64,000 nucleotides of DNA, taken from the IMG/VR virus record IMGVR_UViG_3300006153_000003; one strand, given 5' to 3'. The stretch comes from a virus. Lineage: Duplodnaviria > Caudoviricetes. Position 1 is the stretch's first letter. Each line of letters begins with the position of its first letter. Both the position numbers and the translations under genes were made by a program. Shown piece after piece: positions 58,332-64,000 of the stretch. Under the pieces are notes generated by a model. It ran no database searches. It had not been told where the DNA came from and saw only the letters and a program-made list of their open reading frames with translations.

Positions 58332-58502
58332 ATAGTTAAGATTTCAAAGAAAGAAATGCAGTATTTAGTAAGTAAAGGAATACGTTTTGGCGAAAATGGG
58401 ATCAGCCATACTACAGCCAGACATCGGCGAAATTATTGGTGTACTGAGAATAAGAAATGTATGTCATTACTAAATGAGTATCGTAAGAGAGTTACTAAGT
58501 AA
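58332..58502 (+). CDS. 56-aa basic protein with a possible ATA start
   Basis: (M)VKISKKEMQYLVSKGIRFGENGISHT...; fills the gap in the operon. Confidence 0.55.
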   Translation: MVKISKKEMQYLVSKGIRFGENGISHTTARHRRNYWCTENKKCMSLLNEYRKRVTK

Positions 58503-58511
58503 TATTTTCTC

Positions 58512-58811
58512 ATGAAAAGAATAATGTATAAAGGTTTTTGTATTGACAAAACAAAAACCGGATACCGTATTTCAAGACAATCTGACTCCTCTATTCATAC
58601 ACATCTGCGAAATTTATCTCCTAGTTACAAAATGATTGAGAATATTGTAAGGGAACGTATACCGAAGAGATGTGCTTTGTATTATATTCAATCTCATATA
58701 CGTTTGGCAGATGATGGTGAATACAGAAGAAAATTACAGAATTATTACAACGTAAAAGTAAATAAAGGGGAAAAGCAAGCTTACTACAATCCTAGTAAAA
58801 AACGATTTTAA
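58512..58811 (+). CDS. Hypothetical basic phage protein
   Basis: ORF; HTHL motif. Confidence 0.7.
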   Translation: MKRIMYKGFCIDKTKTGYRISRQSDSSIHTHLRNLSPSYKMIENIVRERIPKRCALYYIQSHIRLADDGEYRRKLQNYYNVKVNKGEKQAYYNPSKKRF

Positions 58812-58831
58812 AAAAGAAAGGAATATTACAT

Positions 58832-59044
58832 ATGGCTAATTTTTCATATAAGAGAACCGAAACGACTACATTAAAAGCTGCAGGAGTTATTGATAGTGAC
58901 AGAATGGTCATTGAAGTCAATGGGGAAGAGAAAAAATTGTCTACTCTCCTATCTGATTTTAACGGCGGTGAAATTGAAATTAATATTAAGGTAAAAAGTG
59001 AGGAAGAACTTGATCCACCAGAATCCTCAGATGAAGAAGATTAA
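58832..59044 (+). CDS. Small acidic phage protein (YonK-like)
   Basis: LLSDFNGGEIEINIK; lies just before the phosphoesterase. Confidence 0.55.
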   Translation: MANFSYKRTETTTLKAAGVIDSDRMVIEVNGEEKKLSTLLSDFNGGEIEINIKVKSEEELDPPESSDEED

Positions 59045-59058
59045 TGATAGGAAAGTAG

Positions 59059-60270
59059 GTGACTACTTTGTTTGATACTACGAAGAAAGAAACCGAGAAC
59101 GAATACCAATACTTATGGAGATTGGGGCAGGCTAAAGATTCTGGGTTATTGGATATGGACTGGAACGGTATCTCCGATCTTATGAATAGGTATTTTGGCG
59201 ATCCAGACAAACCATTTTCTGAAGCGGCCTGGCGTAAGCCTTACAGTTCAGCTAAGAAATTTATGGAAGCGAAAGTTTTTAGAAAATTGGATGGAGAAGA
59301 ATATTCCAAAGAAATACAAGTTCAAAAACAAGAACTTGAGAAAGAGCGTATAAAAGTTCGTGATGAAAGAAATGAATTGCGCAGAATTATCCGTGAAGAA
59401 GCCCGGAAGGAAAGTTATAAAGAACAACTTCTTAGGAGTGTTTCTGAATACCAGTGCTCTCCTCTGTCTTATGACGAATCCAAACAATTCACGGGAATTT
59501 TAAAGACAGACAATGATTTACTGATCTCATTTTTTGATATTCATGCCGGTATAGAGATCTGTAATTTTTGGAACGAATTCAATGAAAACATTTTGAAAGA
59601 ACGAATCAATCATTATTTAGATCGAATTTTTGAAATTCAGTTACGTCATGGTTCTGAGAATGCATACGTCGTTCTAAGTGAATTGACATCCGGGTTTATC
59701 CACCCTACGCTGCGAATTGAAAACAATCAGGATATGATTGAACAGTTTTTATGTGTGACGAATTACATATCTGAATTTTTATCTGAACTGAGTTATCATT
59801 TCAATAATGTCTATGTGCATATCGCGCCTGGGAATCACGGGAGGTTATCCCCTAAAAAAGAAGACAATATTACAAATGAGAATATGGATAATTTGGTATT
59901 ACCATTTTTAGAGGCAAAATTGCAGAATTTTAATAATGTAAAATGTTATAAGAATACTGTAGAGCAGTCTATTGCGATATTTAATATTCGTAATTCTAAA
60001 GTGTTTAGTTCTCATGGTGATAAAGAGAACATGCAGAATGCAATTGAGAAAATGACATTATTTGTCGGAATCAAACCGGATATTTATTTAACTGGACATC
60101 GACATTTTAATTCAATGAGTACAGTATATGATTCTAAAGTTATACAAGCCGGTTGTCTGTCGGGACCAGATACGTATTGTATAGATCATAGACTTAGAAA
60201 CCGTCCTGAGCAAGTAGTTGTTGTTATCAACAATAATGGTTTGGATTGTCTATACGATGTGAAATTTTAA
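59059..60270 (+). CDS. Calcineurin-like metallophosphoesterase with an N-terminal coiled coil
   Basis: DIHAG, GNHGR, SHGD, GHRH motifs. Confidence 0.85.
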   Translation: MTTLFDTTKKETENEYQYLWRLGQAKDSGLLDMDWNGISDLMNRYFGDPDKPFSEAAWRKPYSSAKKFMEAKVFRKLDGEEYSKEIQVQKQELEKERIKVRDERNELRRIIREEARKESYKEQLLRSVSEYQCSPLSYDESKQFTGILKTDNDLLISFFDIHAGIEICNFWNEFNENILKERINHYLDRIFEIQLRHGSENAYVVLSELTSGFIHPTLRIENNQDMIEQFLCVTNYISEFLSELSYHFNNVYVHIAPGNHGRLSPKKEDNITNENMDNLVLPFLEAKLQNFNNVKCYKNTVEQSIAIFNIRNSKVFSSHGDKENMQNAIEKMTLFVGIKPDIYLTGHRHFNSMSTVYDSKVIQAGCLSGPDTYCIDHRLRNRPEQVVVVINNNGLDCLYDVKF

Positions 60271-60501
60271 TGTATAGACTATATCCCTGAATAACAAAGA
60301 AAACAGAGAGTATCGGTTACACGGCTATCCGATTAATAAAGCGCCGAGAGATGAGAGTGGATTGACTGTCACTGGCTAAAAATAACAGTTATCGCAACTA
60401 CTCAAATGCGGTTTTATAGAATTGACAAGGTAGAGCAGGTATGGATGACCTGTTTTTATATTTAAAAAATAAAAAAAAAGAATTAAAAAAGGAGCAAAAA
60501 T

Positions 60502-60798
60502 ATGAATAAAGCTATGAATAAAGCAGAATTAATTGACCAGGTATCAAAGAGGACAGATATGACCAAGAAGGATGTTGAAAAGGTACTGGGTACTTTTACG
60601 GATGTTGTGACTGAGACATTGGTTGCTGGTGATAAAGTAAGCATCGTAGGTTTTGGAACATTTGAGACGGTTGAACGCGCTGCTAGAACTGCTAGAAATC
60701 CACGCACTGGTGAGACTGTGGAAGTTGGACCTTCTAAGGCACCTAAGTTTAAGGCTGGGAAGAATTTGAAGGAAGCTGTAAAAACTCAGGCGAGATAG
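60502..60798 (+). CDS. hup: HU DNA-binding protein
   Basis: MNKAELI...GFGTF...RTARNPRTGE...PKFKAGK. Confidence 0.95.
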   Translation: MNKAMNKAELIDQVSKRTDMTKKDVEKVLGTFTDVVTETLVAGDKVSIVGFGTFETVERAARTARNPRTGETVEVGPSKAPKFKAGKNLKEAVKTQAR

Positions 60799-60811
60799 GA
60801 GTAAAAAATAA

Positions 60812-61390
60812 ATGAAGCGATTAACATATACAGATTATGAAGAGTTTATTTATGATGCTACAGAAGTTTTAGAAACTTTGGATGCAGAAAATCCAAGTAT
60901 TGCATTTATCGCAAAGTATACAGAAGCTAACGAAATTGTCAAAACATTAGTAAGTATGGATTATGATGTTGTTTCTATAGATTTGCATAAAGAAGGATTT
61001 GAAAACTATTTTGACGAATATATTATCAAATTAAATTCCTGTGGCATTTGGTGTTACAAATTTAAAACTAAGAATACTAAAAATAGTTATCTTCAATATG
61101 AACCATCTGTTACATACGTCATGGATAATTGCTGCTCTAAGGTACTTAAATATTGTGGATCTGATTTTGTATATGAAGTCTGTGTCGGTGAAGAAAATGA
61201 TGAAGATAGTGCTGTAGAATCTACTCGTATAGATATTATAAGGAATGATATAGGTACTCCAATCGGTTTTACCAAAAGCTGGATTTTTACTAAAGATGGC
61301 ATGAGTTCTTATTCGTCATATACCCATCATAATGATGATGTGGATAAATTGAGAGAAATTGCTGAGAATTTTGGAGTTGATTTGGATTAG
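60812..61390 (+). CDS. Hypothetical phage protein
   Basis: ORF with RBS. Confidence 0.75.
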   Translation: MKRLTYTDYEEFIYDATEVLETLDAENPSIAFIAKYTEANEIVKTLVSMDYDVVSIDLHKEGFENYFDEYIIKLNSCGIWCYKFKTKNTKNSYLQYEPSVTYVMDNCCSKVLKYCGSDFVYEVCVGEENDEDSAVESTRIDIIRNDIGTPIGFTKSWIFTKDGMSSYSSYTHHNDDVDKLREIAENFGVDLD

Positions 61391-61540
61391 TATCTGATAC
61401 TTAATCAGAGTTTATAAATGTAGGACTTGCATTCTGAAAAATTGGATGTAGGCTCTTTTAGAGATATGGTATTGGTGAAAGTGAATACCCTACCAGTGAT
61501 GAGACTGGTTAATCATAGAACGGAAGGAAGTGAACATTTT

Positions 61541-62578
61541 ATGGGAAACGGAAGAAAAACTGTTTACAATAATATTTCCTCACCAGAAAAATTAGCAAAG
61601 GTAAATCCTGAGAATATTCAGTTAGGAAACGATTTCCTTGAATATCTCACTTCTATTGATAGGAGCAAATCTACAGTAGATGCATACCGTAACGATTTAA
61701 ATATCTTTTGGTGTTGGTGCTTGGAATTTAATAATAATAAATTCTTCGTTGATTTATCAAAACGGGAGATTGTAAAATATCAAAATTACTGTTTAAATAC
61801 ACTCGGATGGAGTCCTGCCAGGATGCGAAGGGTTAAATCTACTCTGTCTTCACTATCAAATTATATAGAATCTATGTTAGACGATGAATTTGATTTTAGA
61901 CCAATAATTCGTAAAATTGAAAATCCTGCTGCTTGTACAGTTAGAGAAAAAACGATCCTTGAAGAAGAGCAACTACAAAAATTATTAAATGTTCTTGTTG
62001 AAAAAGAACAATTTGATAAAGCATGTATGCTTTCTTTGGCAATGAATAATGGTCGCCGTAAGGCCGAACTTCCAAGAATGAAAGTTTCATATTTTACAGA
62101 AGATAATGTTATATACGGATCATTGTATAAATCTCCTGAGACTGTAACAACAAAAGGTCGTGGATCAAGAGGAAAACAATTAACAATTTATACTCTTAAA
62201 AATGGGTTTCAAAAATATCTGGATTTATGGCTAAATTACAGAAAAGAAAATAATATTACATCTGAATGGCTCATACCTAAAAAAGAAAATGGAGTTTATA
62301 TAGATGAACAAGTTCCTATCACTACAATGGATAGTTGGGCAGAAACATTTTCTAGGATTTTAGGCGTTCCTTTTTACTGGCATAGTCTCAGGCACTTCTT
62401 TACAACAAAATTATCTGAATCAAATATTCCAGATGGTGTTATTCAAGATATTGTTGGATGGGATTCTGCAGATATGTGTAGATTATATTGTGATACTCCT
62501 ACCGATGCTAAATTAGAAAAGTATTTTGGAGAAGAAGGTATTAAGAGTATAGAACAAAATACATTATCAAATTTGTAG
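61541..62578 (+). CDS. Tyrosine recombinase (XerC/D-like, with an N-terminal core-binding domain)
   Basis: GRRKAEL, TKGRG, HSLRH, GW...RLY motifs. Confidence 0.9.
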   Translation: MGNGRKTVYNNISSPEKLAKVNPENIQLGNDFLEYLTSIDRSKSTVDAYRNDLNIFWCWCLEFNNNKFFVDLSKREIVKYQNYCLNTLGWSPARMRRVKSTLSSLSNYIESMLDDEFDFRPIIRKIENPAACTVREKTILEEEQLQKLLNVLVEKEQFDKACMLSLAMNNGRRKAELPRMKVSYFTEDNVIYGSLYKSPETVTTKGRGSRGKQLTIYTLKNGFQKYLDLWLNYRKENNITSEWLIPKKENGVYIDEQVPITTMDSWAETFSRILGVPFYWHSLRHFFTTKLSESNIPDGVIQDIVGWDSADMCRLYCDTPTDAKLEKYFGEEGIKSIEQNTLSNL

Positions 62579-62586
62579 GAGAAATT

Positions 62587-63618
62587 ATGAGTATCGGAAT
62601 TTATATGATAAAAAATTTGTCTAATAATAAAGTATATATTGGACAAAGTATAGATATAAAAAGACGGTGGAATGATCATAAAATGAAGTTGAAAAATAAT
62701 ACTCATTATAATGAGCATTTACAAAAATCATACAATAAATACGGTGAAAAATATTTTCAATATGTTATTTTAAGCAAAACCACAAAAGAAAAATTAAATG
62801 AATTAGAAGCATATTATATTCAAAAATACCAATCATACAATCCTAAATATGGATATAATCAAACATTTGGTGGAGATTTCAATATTATTTTTACAAAAGA
62901 TATAATTAATAAAATGCGCAAATCTCACGAATATGAATTTGTGCCAATCTTACAGTATTCATTAGATAAAAAACTAATTGCACGATTTAATTCCTTAAGC
63001 GAAGCAAGCCGTTCAGTTAAGGGTACCCCTTCTGGAATAAGAAATTGCGCAAATAAATTTTCATTAAATGTAGGTAAATGTAAGACTTACAAAGGATATA
63101 TTTGGATATATGAATATGAATCAGAAAGATTTGAACATATTGATATTGAAGAATATTTAACTCCAGAAACAAGTTTTCCTATTAATAAGTATGAATATCC
63201 AAGTGGGAAATTTGTGTGTACATATAAAACAATACTAGAAGCAGCAACTAATAACAAAATATCTATTGATGTGATAAGTATGTGTGTCAGAGAAGTTCAA
63301 AAACAAAGTAATGGTTTTACATATCGTAACGCAAACAACTTTACACAAGATACATTATGTATAAAACCAAAAGTACATAAAAAGAAAAGGCCTGTTATTG
63401 CATTTAATAAATCTGATAATACATTTGTTATGTATTTATATAATATGGAACAATTAAAAAAATTAGGTTTAGATAGTGGTCATATTTGTGAGTGCTGTAA
63501 AGGAAAACGAAAATCTTATAAAGGATACATATGGAAATATGCCGATGAACAATTTGCACAATACTTTGGTGAAGACGGAATTAAAAAGGTTGAAAAGAAA
63601 ACTCTTTCTGAGATTTGA
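62587..63618 (+). CDS. GIY-YIG homing endonuclease with NUMOD1-like repeats
   Basis: GIYMI...VYIGQS...RW..H; repeated ..YKGYIW.Y modules. Confidence 0.9.
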   Translation: MSIGIYMIKNLSNNKVYIGQSIDIKRRWNDHKMKLKNNTHYNEHLQKSYNKYGEKYFQYVILSKTTKEKLNELEAYYIQKYQSYNPKYGYNQTFGGDFNIIFTKDIINKMRKSHEYEFVPILQYSLDKKLIARFNSLSEASRSVKGTPSGIRNCANKFSLNVGKCKTYKGYIWIYEYESERFEHIDIEEYLTPETSFPINKYEYPSGKFVCTYKTILEAATNNKISIDVISMCVREVQKQSNGFTYRNANNFTQDTLCIKPKVHKKKRPVIAFNKSDNTFVMYLYNMEQLKKLGLDSGHICECCKGKRKSYKGYIWKYADEQFAQYFGEDGIKKVEKKTLSEI

Positions 63619-63722
63619 TCAGATAAACCTCTAATTTCATCTGTCCCATATGATCTCAAACAACGCAATTTTTTATACATACTGTAACTTCGGAGAGTTT
63701 TCTACACTCTCCTTTTCTCTAT

Positions 63723-63812
63723 GGATGGAAGGTAACTATCGGATCTGTTACAACGGTCTGTAAAACCGTTCCCACGTGGTAAAGAGTGTTGGTTCGACTC
63801 CAACTCCATCCA
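63723..63812 (+). tRNA. tRNA-Tyr(GTA)
   Basis: GGATGGA/TCCATCC acceptor stem, ACGGT-CTGTAAA-ACCGT, long variable arm, TTCGACT T-loop. Confidence 0.85.
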
Positions 63813-63854
63813 TTATTATAAATTCGATTATTCCAAAAGAAAGTAGGTGAATAC

Positions 63855-64000
63855 ATGACAAAAGACTTAGATATTATAGATCGGCAGTTAGAACTAGGTG
63901 ATGTGAAAGTTATAAGTAGAGATGGTGGTCGTATCGTCAAATTTATTGAACTACTCTTCTCCCCTACTACTAAGGCACAGTTCGCACCATCAAATAATAA
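63855..64000 (+). CDS. Hypothetical protein, truncated by the window end
   Basis: AGTAGGTGA RBS then ATG; frame open to the end. Confidence 0.6.
   Translation, partial: MTKDLDIIDRQLELGDVKVISRDGGRIVKFIELLFSPTTKAQFAPSNN

Larger units (their letters stand above)
1..64000. mobile_element. Interior of a large SPbeta-like temperate phage/prophage (early/accessory arm plus RNAP/tRNA region)
   Basis: YonO-type RNAP, HU, metallophosphoesterase, tyrosine recombinases, tRNAs and dense small co-oriented hypothetical genes in two divergent arms; no host core genes; boundaries lie outside the window. Confidence 0.85.

Noticed and set aside
61427-61540. N-terminal extension of the recombinase
   Set aside because: The RBS GGAAGG precedes the ATG at 61541
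1-64000. CRISPR array
   Set aside because: No regularly spaced identical 23-47 bp repeats with unique spacers were seen; the junction motif is separated by whole genes

Overview
The whole window looks like the interior of a large, AT-rich SPbeta-like temperate phage or prophage of a Firmicutes (Clostridia-like) host. No host housekeeping genes, att sites or virion genes are visible. The left arm (1 to ~41 kb) is almost all on the minus strand and is a dense run of small accessory genes: Thg1, RtcB, a sigma factor, two DUF262 proteins, a tyrosine recombinase, two MazF/PemK toxins, HicAB, a beta-clamp, RadC/JAB and a J-domain protein, plus an inserted IS110. A ~2.3 kb structured, mostly non-coding leader and a strand-skew switch (41-46 kb) separate it from the plus-strand right arm. 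The right arm encodes a ParB-like protein, a deaminase, a YonO-type single-subunit RNA polymerase, two HU-like proteins, a ~630-nt closed-stem ncRNA, five tRNA or tRNA-like genes, a metallophosphoesterase, a second tyrosine recombinase and a GIY-YIG homing endonuclease. The most notable observation is a short palindromic site, TRAA-N7/8-TTYA, at 17 gene junctions of the left arm (plus about 10 near matches). It partitions the arm into one- or few-gene modules, several of them defence-like, around a tyrosine recombinase, which suggests an integron/pdif-like cassette array in a phage. Also notable are a ROOL/GOLLD-class large ncRNA candidate, two tRNA-mimic RNAs with large inserts, a hammerhead-like ribozyme, a repeated covarying hairpin and a pseudoknot-rich leader. 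All family assignments come from motif recognition by eye; no searches were run.
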